Shown: positions 23,743 through 36,900 of the stretch, piece by piece
Numbering within the stretch: position 1 is the stretch's first letter
Layout: each line of letters opens with the position of its first letter
Assembly: GCF_006345805.1 (NCBI RefSeq)
Contig: NC_043003.1
Coordinates: 61,814,001-61,878,000 of the forward strand
Reading direction: 5' to 3'
Length of the DNA: 64,000 nucleotides
Origin: Octopus sinensis
Taxonomy: Eukaryota
Translations under genes and position numbers: made by a program
Notes under the pieces: generated by a model
Seen by the model: only the letters and a program-made list of their open reading frames with translations
The model's database searches: none
Told to the model about the DNA's origin: nothing

Positions 23743-24079
23743 TTAATGTTCATTGTTAAATGCCTTGATATTTATTGCTCATTCGAAAAAGATTTTGAAA
23801 GGAAACATTCAACTATAAATGATTGCAGACCAACTCCGAAATTACCTAATTTGCGAAGAAATGTATTCGACAATTTCAGACTAATCTATATAAAAAGGAA
23901 ATGATATTAAAAGCATTACCTACCGTCATCCTGGCGCGGTTAACCACGAAGAGGTGCTTTTTTCGCTCATAAGTCTAACCCTAGCTGAGGCCAGCATACG
24001 GGCTAATATGCTTTTAACAGGGGTCTTTAATTTTATTAATCTTAGCTGGTCCAAGGATTATATCCAGCCTGGAGCTAAG

Positions 24080-25925
24080 CAACTGAAGTGGAGGGATACG
24101 AACGCTTTCCTCGATACAACAAAAGACTTTCCCATACATCATTACCCGTCCAATTAGGGGAAAATAACATACTCGACTTTGTCTTTATTTACAATGTTCA
24201 ATTCATTCCCACAGCTATTTCCAACCAAAGCATTATACAATTATCTGTATATGGTACAAAGATATATCCGACTAGCAGCATGGATTTCTACCCCGAAGAT
24301 CTTGCCTAACAAATCTTCTCCTTCTTGAAGAATGTATTACAAGGACCATGGCTGAAAAAGACTTGGTGGGCGTGGTATTTTTGTACTTCGCAAAGCCAGA
24401 AGGAATCTTTTCCCCATCCACCGATCCTTTCAAATGGACGTCTTTTAGCCTGTATACATCACTCTAGTTCGACCCCTCCTCGAATATTGCATCCATAACT
24501 CAAACCCATATCCCCAGAAAGACATTCAACACCTGGAACGGGTTCAACACTTGGCAACCCGAATGGGCGCGGGCTTGTCTAAGCTTGCGTAAGAGAAACA
24601 TCCCCAACGGCTGGCATTGCCTTCACTCGAACGACGAAGGATGCAGGGAGATCTCATCCGGCTTTCAACATCTTCAACGGACATGTAAACTTACCATTTG
24701 CGGAGATTTTCACCCCAGCGTCGGATAGAGGTCTTCGTGGACATGATCGCAAACTCTATCCCCGACACTTTCGTTTCAACAGGCGGAAGGCTGTATTCTC
24801 CGTCCGTATCGCAGCTCCGTGCATAATCCGTATCGCAGCCCTGTGCATAATCCAAGCGAATTCTTTGATCTCACAACTCAGGTGCAGAGACACAACTTAA
24901 AATTAATATCATGGAAGTTGATATACTTGCGGCTATTAATGATTTAGACTCAAACTCAGCATCTGTACCAGATAGTATTCTAGTTATATTGCTAAAAAAA
25001 CGTGCAAAAATCGCCTCATGAAATCATTAGAGGTACTATTTCAAAAGTCGCCAGATACCTTCATATTCCCGAGACTATTGAAAGAAGCTATAATAAAACC
25101 TATATATGTACAAAGGAGATAGCAGTGCTGAAGCTAAAAATTACAGACCTGTTTCCCTCACGTCTTACACGTCTAAAATTATCCAATGCCTTGTCCGAAG
25201 ACAAAAAGTAATAACATACCTGAGGGAAAACAACTTAGATGACACTCGGAATAGGTTTCGGACTGAACGAAGTTGCCTGTCACAATGCTTACAGCATCAT
25301 AACACTACCTCTAATAATCTCTTAAGAGGAAAGATCATTGACTGTTAAAACCTTGATATTGTTAAGGCGTTTGACAAGACTGATCATGGAATCATCTATC
25401 ATAATTTAAGAAATCTTGATATCACAGGAAATGTCGGAGAATGGTTCTTTAACGGTATGGGTCAACCTATTACTGCAAATAGATTTCTCTCTAAGTTACC
25501 TGTAATACGTCGTATACATCAGGGAACGAATTACACAAACATATCGATGGCTAGGAGCTAAACCAGAAAAAATATGAAAATTAGTACTTCAAAATTTCAG
25601 CTTCTTCATTACAAACGAATTCACCCAAATCGCAATATTTGACACACGGTAACATAATGATTCAGGGCACTAACGACTTCTTTAAATGCAGCAAACTCAT
25701 AGGCTGCATCCTACGAACATTCATGATAAGAGAACCGGTAGTTAGTTTTATATTTAGGGAAAACCCTAGTTCTGAGCAGTTTATATTACTGCTTACAATT
25801 TTAATCTTCTAACTCATCCGGTCTCATAGAAGAAATTGAAGGGTTACAAGGAACGTTCACTGGTAAAATACCTTCGGTTAAAAGTCTTGTTTACCGACAA
25901 TATCTGAAAGCGCTGAGTCTCTATG
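24080..25925 (+). mobile_element. Cluster of decayed CR1-group LINE fragments (at least two elements)
   Basis: NNILDFVF (EN end). LYTSLVRPLLEYC...LERVQ...SLERRRMQGDLI...LRGHDRKL (24430-24800). YKGDSSAEAKNYRPVSLTS...KAFDKTDHG (25100-25450). LSSLYYC...EIEGLQGTFT (25700-25920). Confidence 0.85.
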
Positions 25926-26010
25926 GTAAGTAGATTGCTTACTAACCACATGGTTCCATGTTCAGTCCCACTGTGTGGTCCCTTGGGCAAGTGTCTTCTA
26001 CTATAACCTC
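25925..26010 (+). mobile_element. tRNA-SINE head fragment
   Basis: ggtaagtagattgcttac...ggttccatgttcagtcccactg...cttgggcaagtgtcttctactata. Confidence 0.75.
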
Positions 26011-27850
26011 AGGATTTCGTAGACAAACATGTGCCATCCCAGGCAGAACCGTTCAAGATACCCTCCATCTTATTCGCTATACCATAGAGGGTTGGTAATA
26101 ATCTGGCAAAGGTGGGGCATTGGTACATTTTAGACCAGTCTAAAGCTTTTGATTGGGTTGACCATCTATACCTGGCGAGTGTGCTTGCGCGGTTCGGCCT
26201 GGGCCTTAGCTTCCTCAGGTGGTTTATCGCTTTGTACCACAACATTGACTCGATAGTTCGGGTGAACGGTTTCGTTTCGAAGCCGCTCTGCATCAGACGC
26301 TCGGTTCGTCAAGGATGTCCGCTCTCACCACTTTTGTATATAATGGCTCTCGAGCCCCTACTACGAAGGTTGAGTGGCATCCCGAGAGAACAAGGTCTAG
26401 AGGAGTTTGTTACGGCTTACGCAGATGATATCACTATCAGCGTAACCTCGGTAGCAAGCCTACGTGAAGTGGGTAAAACTATTGAGGCTTACGAGGAGGT
26501 GGCAGGAGCAAAGATTAACCGGGAAAAGTCGGTCGACTTGCAGCTCGGCACCTAGGTTGCAAGTCGATGCCTTCAGACAGCGTTGTTGGGCGCTGGGCGG
26601 AGGGACTGGTTAAGTTGCTGGGAGTTTGGTTTGGACCAGGCCTCCAGATAGAGATGAACTGGACGGAGATATTGAGCAGGGTGGCTGCAGTAGTCAAGAC
26701 CTGGTCTTGGCGGTGTCTATCCCTGAAAGGGAGGGCGGAGGTGGTCATTGTTTTTATCGCATCGGTCAATGCCTACCGCCTGACCGTCGTGCCCTGTCCG
26801 GATACGTGGTTCACCAGGTATGAGAGACAGTTGTGAAACGCTGTGTCTGCTGTCAAAAGCCTTTAAAGGGAGGTTTAGGGATGCCTTGGTTAATGATGCT
26901 CAGGCACCTCAGGATTCTCCTGGATAGTGGACGAGTGTGGTCTCCGCTGGCCAGACAAATCTTCCCCGAGTTCAAAACTTTTGCGATCAGGAAGGCTGAT
27001 GTTCTCACAGACCGAGGTCGAGTGAGTGGCATAAAGAGTGCCGTAAGGCCCCCTTGCTATTCCGGCGCTCGGTCAACGCCAGAGGTGGGGGTTCCACACG
27101 GATTTTATATAGTGGGTTGGTAGAGTCTGAATGCGACGATAGCCTGGGTGTGACTCTAGGTCTCGGGTTTATTCAACTGGATAGCCTGTTTCACCGTACA
27201 TTCGGGTTGAGAACGTTGGACAACTTCCAAAAGTCATTAACCTGGCAATGCTACAGAGGTGCCTTGCCCGTTTGGGATAAGCTCGTAAGACATGGTAAGC
27301 GTCAGTCGCCGACCTGTCCAAGATGCCGGGGGATGGGCAGGGAAACCGTCCCGCACACTATTATTCAGTGTCTGGAGATAACTGAAATGTGGGCTTATGC
27401 TGAATACCTGTTGGCCGGCGAAGGAAGAGTACACCTGTCGACTGAGTCAATTATAAAAATTGACCCACTGGGAGTTTTAACGAACGATCGTAAGAATTGT
27501 TTTCTCACAGTTGTCGCAATAGCGAAAGATGCAGTATGGAAGACTAGGGTAAAAAGAATTAAGACAGGCAACTTTATCTCTGGCCACAATTTACGATCAT
27601 TTTTTCTTTTCATTTGAAAAGGAAGCTGTGGCTGGAGAAGAGATGTTTGTCGGAGTGTACGTTCCAAAAGAGATGGAAGCATGTAGCACAAGTGGTGTGC
27701 GTGCAAAGAGCCGTGTGAATAGACGGGAAAAAAAGAAGAAAATAAAGGTACCAGCGGTAGATCGTGGCTTGTGTGGTCGGAGCATGGCCTGATCATCGCT
27801 TCATTTGTATTGTTAGTTCAATTCCATTTTTTTCTATTGTATTAAAATTT
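26010..27850 (+). mobile_element. Tx1/L1-group LINE ORF2: RT domain to 3' end, frameshifted
   Basis: LDQSKAFDWVDH...VRQGCPLSPLLY...AYADDITI...GAKINREKS, KGGLGMP, and the zf-RVT-like CPRCRGMGRETVPHTIIQC. Confidence 0.92.
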
Positions 27851-28109
27851 TTAAAGTCATATTATATGTAAAATCATATCACTTCACTGATCCCATCAGT
27901 TGTTCTGTCCATTTCTATGTTTGGCCCCCGGTGGGCAATAAAGAAATTGGTATTGCATCTGTGAGAGTTGGAAGTGTTGGTATTGTTGCCGAAGGCATCT
28001 GTATAGTAAGTGTAGTTTCTGTTGATTGTTTCCGTGTTGTTGGCTGTTTTAATTGCTGTTAAAATTTGTATAATAGTTTTTGTTTGCAATCTATTATGTG
28101 TTTTCCCCT

Positions 28110-29000
28110 GTAGGGGAAACACTAATTACTGGCAGGATGCCAAAAAGTGTGTATTTATATGACGAGGATTCGACAGATTTGGAGGCCAGAAAAGTGGAAA
28201 TAGCATTGTTGGAAGATGTTACGGATTCTTCTGAGAGCGAATTCCCATCACTGTCGAGGACTGACGTTGCAGGGAAGAGCGTCGAAGTGAAAGGACTTCA
28301 AACGGAGGAGGGTAAACAGAAAAGAAGTTTTGCGTCTGCAGCTGGAGACAGAACTCGCCAACTGTCGACGAAGAAAAGTGACGTTTTAATGTACCAGGAC
28401 ATGATAAAAATTCAAGACGGCGTTGTCAAGGTTCAACCCGCAGAAGAGCTTTTATTGACAGAGAAGAAAAAAACAATTATGTTTAAAACATACTGCCGAA
28501 AAGAAAGAAAAATCAAGCGAGTAAGCGAGGAGAAGGTACAAAAATGTCTAAAGCCCAACTGGCAGGATATAAGATATCTAGCCAGAGGGAAAAAATTCGG
28601 TACCATCGAGGTACACCTAAAAACATTGAAACTGCACAATTGCACTCGGTAAAATCTTTCGAAACAGAAGATGTGATTTTAATACCAATATACATGGTTA
28701 TGAGGTCATCAAAAATACGAATATCAAAGGTCCCACATCGAGTCGACCCTATGTGTTTGATGGCGGCAGTCCTGGCAGAAAGGGTAGATGAGATAACAAT
28801 ACTTCATGCTAACGTTTCACAAAAGGCAAATTGGACCGGCCACATGGTACACCTGTTAATTCAAACAGAACAGGCTGTATTAGATTCGTGGTTGATCAGG
28901 TAAAAGAGACAGTTCTTTAGCTTTTTGTGGGAGGGCAGGTCGCCACTTGTGAAACGCTCTGCCTGCTGTCAAAAACTTTAAAGGGAGGTTTAGGGATGCC
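28110..29000 (+). mobile_element. Tx1-like ORF1 remnant joined to a post-RT ORF2 segment (internally deleted)
   Basis: ORFs 28080-28652 and 28544-28903 (RRM-like ARGKKFGTIEV). LWEG...LKGGLGMPWL at 28925-29010 matches 26835-26895. Confidence 0.65.
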
Positions 29001-29215
29001 TTGGTTAAGAATTGTGCATGAGACGACAGCTACTTTTGAGAAATCTCGATTTGCGCATGAGAAAGTAAGGAGCGATGTCAGGAAGGGCATCCCTGTTGCA
29101 CTTCCTGACGGTAAGGGTCTTCCTATGACGCTGACATATAATGTCTGTGCAAGACCCTGCCTCAGTAAAGCTGCGCTCATGAGCCATCTTTATAGTCATA
29201 AATCGAGACCGATGA
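29000..29215 (+). mobile_element. RTE/BovB-like extreme C-terminus
   Basis: RIVHETTATFEKSR...RK...YNVCARPCLSKAALMSHLYSH, a decayed terminal C2H2-like finger. Confidence 0.55.
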
Positions 29216-30479
29216 TTGACTACCAGGCCGCTGATTATTTAGCAGAAAAAAGCTGGGGATCATCCCAAAGTTTAAAAATATCTGTTTCAACACATTCCAA
29301 CTGTGTCTTCTACTCCCCCTCCAAATACAAACTTCAATGAATTTTAGGAATTTTTCCTTCTTGCTGATGATCTTGCCGCTTTCGCAGTTTTTCGTTCAAT
29401 TGAACTCTTCCTTCGGGGCATGATCTAAAATAAGCATGATGAATGCAGTGAGATACACTGATAAGTATTAAATATTAATTGAAGGGTTAGTATGTAAGTG
29501 TAGATAAGTTGCAAACTTGCAGCTGCTGCGGTAATAAAGAACTGGTAGTAGAAAAGTAAATGTGTAAAATAAAATGATGTCATCAAAATGAAAATGGAAG
29601 CAGTTGTGAAAGGCAAGGCGAGGGAAATGGTAAGAGCAACGGAGAAAGTGGTTATGAATTGCGTTGAGAATGTTGTGGTTTGCGTGGACATGAATTTTTG
29701 GGGTGTTGTTTGTCAATGCATGGCTGCTCTGCCGTATAGATTGGATGGGAAAAGAGTTAATGAAAGAGCAATTGGATGAATTGCTTAGCTTTGTTTAGTG
29801 GTGCTCGTTGAGCAGAAACTGCCGTTGATGCTGCATGTGAGTGTAGGAATAGTTATAGGTAAGTTGGTAGGTCTGCAGGCCCGCATTAAGGAAGACGCAA
29901 AAAAAAAATATTGGTAAATTTTAATGCGTGGCAGCAGCGCGTGGTAGAAATAGCAGTGAAATGTCTCAGATTTCCTTAGTGAAACGCGTGCGGTTGCATT
30001 TAGGGAAATTGATGCAATTTACAAATGAAAAAGGTTACGCACGGAATTCAACAAAATGAATAAATGTGCTTTAGTTAATCAGTATTGCTTTGATAGAACA
30101 ATATTGTGAAAGAGAAGACGAGAGAAATGGTAACAAGGAAAGGAGACAGGGATTATGAATTGCGTTCTGAATGTTGTTTGCCAGGACATGAATTTTGTCG
30201 TATTAATAAAAAAGCAGACAGCTAGAAGGATGAAGAAAGATATCAGTGGTGTGGGGGCTAGAGGTGAAGTGGATGACAATATATTTTACTTGACAAGGTA
30301 GCATGTGGTTAATGTATGTTACCATCTTCCCTTGTCTCGTCGCGAGAAGTAAGTTCTGCCGTGGTAATGAAATGAGAATGCGATGTAAGGGGACAATGTT
30401 TTCGAGAATCTGGTTGGAATGTAAGGCAGGTCTGAAAGGGTTACCAACAGTGGTAGAGTGTTTATGAGGAATATGTATG

Positions 30480-30538
<59 letters not shown>

Positions 30539-30599
30539 ATGTGTGTGTGTGAGGTTAAAGGGAAAGTATCTCACATTGCAATAGAGAGATGTTATTGTT

Positions 30600-30810
30600 T
30601 CACTTTGGCACGTAATACTGATATAGTGTAGGAGATAAGAGATTGCTCTTATTAGCTTATGGCACTACATGGACTCTAAGTAAGATATGTATAAAATTTG
30701 AATGAAATAGGTTGAGTAGTTCTCGAGTTTTAGGGATTCACATTGACTGACACACACAAACAGACAGACAAGCACACACACATTCTCATCTTTATATATA
30801 GAGAGAAATT
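30600..30810 (+). mobile_element. Helitron-like repeat 3' part
   Basis: Paralogue of 23540-23742. Confidence 0.55.
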
Positions 30811-30889
30811 ATTAGATAAAATCACAGACAAATTAGTATGTTGTAAGCATAAATATTTAGCAACTTAATATTTTTGGACATAAAAATTA

Positions 30890-31052
30890 TTTAGTTCAAA
30901 TTCCACCGAGGTCGACTTTGCCTTTCATCCTTTCGAGGTCGATAAATAAAAGTACCAGTTTCGCACTGGCGTCGATGTAAGCGACTTAATCCCTTTGTCT
31001 GTTCTTGTTTGTCCTCTCTATGTTTAGCCCCTTGTGGGTAGTAAAGAAATAT
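30890..31052 (+). mobile_element. SINE 3' segment
   Basis: ccaccgaggtcgactttgcctttcatcctttcg..gtcgataaa.aagtaccagt...ccccttgtgggtagtaaagaaat. This segment recurs across the window. Confidence 0.7.
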
Positions 31053-31064
31053 ATATTGATTCCA

Positions 31065-31137
31065 GCCGAGACAGCACAGTTGGGAGAGCGTTAGACTGCA
31101 GATCTAAAGGTCTCTGGTTCGCTTCCGAGTTTCAGAA
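31065..31137 (+). pseudogene. tRNA-Phe-derived pseudogene with a GCA (Cys) anticodon
   Basis: 73 nt. By my alignment it has 10 differences from the canonical metazoan tRNA-Phe(GAA) as recalled, including U8C, A35C and A58C, and 2 acceptor-stem mismatches. Confidence 0.85.
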
Positions 31138-32009
31138 GTGTGTGCACGCTTGTTTATTTACGTTTTGTTTTTGTTTTTTACTTATTCAAAAACGCTTTTC
31201 TTGTGTGTGTCTTTACAAGGACGATTGGATCCATATACCTAACAGAATTTCCAATTATTCATGTAGGTAAGTGTGTGTGTGTGTGTAAACAGGAAAAAAT
31301 AGGATAAGCACTTTTTCTGAGTATAAATGGAAACAAAGTCGACTTAGCCGTTCATCGTTGCGGGAAATATAAAATAAGAACAACTGGTTGTACATTATCT
31401 ACGCCATCAACACAGCTCTACTTTCATTTAGAAACAAATTAAAATAAACACATTATTGACTTAGCAGGCACGTATGAAAGGCACTTTCATTTCTGACGAA
31501 GGATTGACCAACTTTTTTGTCTTCCTTCTACGAAGGAAGATAAGGTTAGAAAAGAAATGTCTGTTATCGGACAGATTCGGTAAAAGGTGGATGCAAGTGG
31601 ATCGCATGTTGGGAATGAATGGTCCTACGGGAGTGCTATCCAGGAAAAAGTTAAAACAAAAGGTTCAGTGGTGGAACGTGTCTTGCAGAGTCGGAACTGT
31701 TCCCCCACTGTGTTGTGATATGTCTGTCCCTTCATTCGTTTTATATTATCATAACATTTTTAGATACACTTTTGTGTAACAACATTCGATACCCAGGCCC
31801 ATTTGTACTGCCCCCTTATGGTTAGAATAAAATGTATTCGCTATTTCTCCGTTCTGTTGATGTATTATACTGTAAGTTGCTGGTTATTGTTAATTTAATT
31901 GTTGAATTTGCTGTTGTTTCATTTGTTGTGTTTTGTTTAAAAACAAAACACCTTGTTTTATCGTGTTTAGCAGAATTTTGAACGTTATTCCCCTCTTGGG
32001 GAGGGGAAT

Positions 32010-34360
32010 TATTTATTCTCTTGTGCAAGGGCTTCTCTCCAACCCAAAAGAAAGAAATATATGAGGAAACCAATTTTAAAATGCCTTCTGATAAAGTTTT
32101 GACCATAATGTCGGGCGAAGAATTTTTGAACGGAAAAATTGTTGAAACAATTGAGTCTAATTTCGCTGCAGTAGCAAGACTAAAAAGGAAAACCTTAAAC
32201 ATGACAAATGAATAATTAAACCAATTCAAAAATATATTCGAGAGGAAGATGCATGATTTGAAAGCCACCTTCCTGAGTTAATTGAAAACACAACAAAAAA
32301 AATTAATTGGTTTTAAATGTCTGAACATTAAAACTAAAAAGTTGGACAATGCGTGAAGAGGGGGTCGAGAAATGCTTGCAACCAATATGGTGGGATATTG
32401 CATTTATCACCAGAGGTCGCAAATTTGCAACCATTATCGTTCACCTAAAAAGTGAAGGGCGAAGGAGCTTTCAGTAATAGTAATGCTACCGATTTCACAG
32501 TGGAATAATTCCACTAGAAATAGATGTAATAGATGTAACATGACTCTACGCTGCTCTAATCATGGGCCTCGAGGATAAAATAACAATTCTCGAGGTTAGT
32601 AAAATAGAGCAGCAACATTGGAAGGAACAAGGGCTAGAGATCATGATTCAAGCAGCTCAACAAACTCTTCAAGAGATAGTGGAAAACATCGTGATTAATG
32701 AGGAAACTACGTTGAGGGTGACGGTGGAGGGTAGGATGCCACGGTGCTTCGAATGTGGGGGGAAAAGGCCACATTCGAGTAAACTGCCCCGCCCTAAAAG
32801 AAGAAACAGCGCCGCCAGCAGAGTCTCCAGCAAAAATCATAAAAGAGGAGACCATACCATCAACCGAAAACAAGGAAGACAAAGAAGGATGGACTAATGT
32901 AACCCATAAAAAGAAAAAAGTCCCTAAAAGAAAAACTGCCAACCTCACCCTTTCAACTTCCAGCTCTAGCAAAAGAAAAACACCCCCACCAGCAGACACA
33001 CATGACCCCCTCCCACTTCAACCAACCCAAACATGGACCCCCAAAAATCACCTGTAGAATGTACCCCTCCCAGTCCCGAAAAATATTTCCCCTCCCAACA
33101 AGAAACGAGCCTGATAGAAGTGAATGCTAACAACTAGGCATTAAAAAACTCCAACCGCAAAAGAATACAGCAATCATTATACTATTCTACCGGAAGGAAT
33201 TGTAATCTATGAAATTGACAGAGACAATTACAATTTATTGCATAGCTACCACTCGAAGAACATAGGCCCTCCAAGAATGGACATTTGCAAGTCCATGTAC
33301 GAGGGAAGATAGAGAGAAGGGATTATAATCCCTTCTTCTTCGAAAGGTAAACCACATTTCATGGTTTCGCTCACAGATTTATCCGCTCGGGGTGAGGAGA
33401 AACAGTAGGATATTTAAATTTCGTGGCCTCGGGTCGGATTGGAAATAAGGTCGCTTTCTTAATGACCTCAGGCCACATAGACTGGATGTGATAGTGGCCA
33501 CAGAGACCAGACTGAATAGGTTGCGGGACTTTTCCCCACTCCTGAACTCCATGCCAACGGGGGGGGGGGTAGTGGTGTCACGATCCTACTCAGGGAAAAA
33601 CCTGGTTTCCGAGACTAGAACAATCAGGCTGGTAGGTGTCCATGTCCACTGCGGGGCTGGACAATCTGCTTTTTTTAGACGCCTAGAAAATTTCCTAGGC
33701 ACGTCTAACAATTTAGTACTGCTGGGTGACTTTAACACAATCTGCGATGCACGTGTAGATTGTGTTGGCTCAAATCCAAATAGAAGGGGAAAGTTATGCC
33801 TCGCCGATCTGCTTAGTCGCTTTCAGCTGGCAGATCGGTACAGACTAAAATTTCTGAACGCTCCACTGTGGACCTGGACGAATAGCGACAGGTCTTCTAG
33901 ATCTTATTTAAATAGAATTTTAGTTAGACGGAAAGACAAGGAGAAGCTAGATGTCCACAATTCCACTTTGTTAACTACAATGACCACAAACTTGTGTCCT
34001 GTAAGCTGGTTGTAGATAGGATATGTAGACAAGGCCCCGATTACTGGAAAATTAAATGGTCGGTTTTGACCTGTGAGGAGTACAGGAAACGGATTAGAAA
34101 AGAAGGCTCTCACAGGCGCCATTATTAACAACAAATGGTGGAAGGCATTGGAGAAAGGTAGGGCAGCCCAAGTGTTGGCATCGAGATTGGCGCTCAACCA
34201 ACACGTCGAGTATTTAATACGAAGTTTGGATTGTCAGGTCGAAGTTTCGTGCAATGGGTCGACAAGGATCCAACACTGCGAGATGGGACACTGTGGTAAA
34301 CGAACCGGAGGAGATATGCAAGGTTCTTTACGAGCTTTTCAGACAGCTTTGCGATGACTG
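32010..34360 (+). mobile_element. Tx1/L1-group LINE 5' half: ORF1 (CCHC knuckle) and AP endonuclease, decayed
   Basis: CFECGGK/GHIRVNC zinc knuckle across a frameshift at about 32765. DVIVATETRL...VLLGDFNTICD...WTWTN...SYLNRILV endonuclease motifs at 33440-34050. Confidence 0.9.
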
Positions 34361-34370
34361 TACTACCGCT

Positions 34371-34548
34371 GTCAGCACTATGGCGACCAGAGCTCGCTCT
34401 GAGCACCATTGGGATGACTGACCCCCGCTAGGAGCCCACAGTCAGCGTTATGGCGACCAGAGCTTGCTCTGATCGTTATTGGGATGACTGACCCCCGCTA
34501 GGAGCCCACTGTCAGCGCTATTGCGACCAGAGCTCGCTCTGAGCGCCA
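34371..34548. repeat. 70-bp GC-rich tandem repeat, about 2.6 copies
   Basis: Unit starts (gtcagc) at 34371, 34441 and 34511. Confidence 0.93.
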
Positions 34549-34556
34549 TATATTTA

Positions 34557-34620
<64 letters not shown>

Positions 34621-36494
34621 ATGTTTGTGTGTCTGTGATTGTCTCCACCCCCACCATTGCTTGAGAACTGATGTTGGTATAGCTGCACTCAAATGACTGA
34701 AAAAGGTAAATGAGTAAAAGAGAATATATATTATATATATAGCTGAAGGATTAAAATTAATCAAAGGACATACTATGTATGTGTACCTGCTAGAAATAAC
34801 AGTCAAAATTCTTATGTAAATCACTGAAAATACACTGATAATAACTACAGAAATTACCCATCTGAGAGCAAACGGCTAAGACAATCTCTCAGCATACATT
34901 CAAGTATTTGGACTTATGTGGACCAGTTTTTGGAGTGGCATTATAGCCTCACCTTCCTGAGCATGCGTTACCTTGATGAAAAGCTCCAACCCATCATGTT
35001 GAAGTCTGCACTACAACTGATTTGTTTTGTGCTGAATCATGGCAGCCACCAGTGTGAAAATAATTTCAATATGGAGCAAATAATTCAGGAGAAAATATTT
35101 GCAAAGATATTACTGACTCTGTTATTATCTAGTGTAACAATTAAAAATGATAATAACAGAATCAATAATATAAGCGATTGCAGACCTACAAAACAGCATT
35201 AAATAGCTGAAGGATTAAACCTATATTATTGAATTTGTTATTATCGTTTTTATTTGTTACTCTAGATAATAATAGAGTCAATAATATCTTTGCAAATATT
35301 TTCTCCTGAATTATTTGCTCCGTATTATATATATATACTCATACACATGCATACACACATGTTAGGTTTCTGTCACTTAATTTCATTGACAAGGTACTCA
35401 CTGACCAAAAGTTATGGAAGAATATACTTGCCCAAGATGCTAGACAATGGAATTGAACATCAAACTATATGGCTGTGAGGCAAAGTTTTCATTCACACCG
35501 CCATGCTTGCACTTTTCTAAGTGTATCGAAAAGGAAACAACTTTACAACGTCCATCTTTCTCCAAACTCTCTTCACTTAAGGAACTGTATGCAAAATTGA
35601 AAGTTAATGAAACACCCATAAAATTTGTTTTATTGGTGTTGCTTACAATAGTGTTGTTTCTACATTTCAGAACTTATCTGGGCCTTTTACGCATTAAGTG
35701 CCATAATCATTCTCTTGAAAGGTTTATTGGAACCTCTCAAAAGAATGGTATTGTCCTGATGAATGATAGTGTAATATTATCTTAAGGCAGGTCTCAGCGA
35801 GCAGTTTTCAGAGGGCCCTGCATGTCAAAGGACCCAATTCAGATTTACTTTATTTGATGATATAAAAGATGCATGGTCACATTAGATGGACCCCAATTTC
35901 AACAGAGCATATTCAGGAAAAAGTGAGCATCAAGGACAAACTTAGCTAATGGGAGGCCAAACTTTGGACATAATTCCCAGGGGTGATTTTTTTTTAGGCA
36001 ATTTTTAGGGGAAAAAGATATCTTATATGCCATTATAAATATAGTTTGTAATGTGACAAGGAGTCATTAACATGCTGGAGAAAATGCTTTGTGGTATTTC
36101 GTCCATCTTTGTGTTCTGAGTTCAAATGCTGTTGAGGTCAACTTTGACTTTCATCCTTTCTGAGCTGATGAAATAAGTATCAGTTGAGCACTGAGGCTGA
36201 TGTAACTGACTAATATCCTTCCCCAAAAATTTCAGGCCTTGATCCTATTATAGAAGGGATTATAAATACAGTATAATATTCTGTGGTTTGCAGTCAATAG
36301 ATATATATACAACAGGTCACAGTGAACTGCTTTGCCCATAGTAGTGGTGGGGCTTCAAGGCTGTAAAGGCAACTCTGTGACAGCGATGCTATAACTACTG
36401 ATGAGCATACAACATAGATAGGATATTTTACATGTCCAACTTGTGTCTGATGCTGTACTTGATACTTGATGATAGTGATGATGATTTTCTTCAA

Positions 36495-36900
36495 CATTAG
36501 TATCCTGATATCTCCCTTATGCATCAAGACTGAAATCCATTCCACTTATGTTTATTCACCTGAAACTAATACTATAACGAAATAACCCCCTATTCAATCT
36601 GATAATAGCTAATATTGGCTTTTCTATGCTGACAACAGTTAAGAAAATTGTCGAACAATCTTTCTCTGTTTCTAGTTGATAGATGACGATACTCTTCAAT
36701 ATTTGTACCTTAATGCTGATATCTCCCTTATGCATCAACAGTGAAATCCATTCCCCAAATTTTCATTCACTTGAAACTAATACTATAATCAAATAACCCC
36801 TATTCATTGATTATAACTGATATTAGTTTTTTTTTTCATCTATGCCAATATGAGTTGAGAAAATTGCAGAACAATCTTTTGCTGTCTCTAAATGTCATCT
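36495..36900. repeat. Diverged tandem duplication, period about 211 bp
   Basis: ctgatatctcccttatgcatcaa at 36505 and 36716, with colinear similarity downstream. Confidence 0.85.

Noticed and set aside
29340-30460. MPRRKSSIERKT... (Helitron-like N-terminus on -) and a diverged duplication at 29.6/30.1 kb
   Set aside because: Too short and decayed to assign. No Rep or helicase motifs were seen.
35490-35750. Candidate exons on both strands (SLSEESLEKDGR on -, LIWAFYALSAIIILLK on +)
   Set aside because: Good acceptors but no convincing donors, and they cannot be phased reliably.
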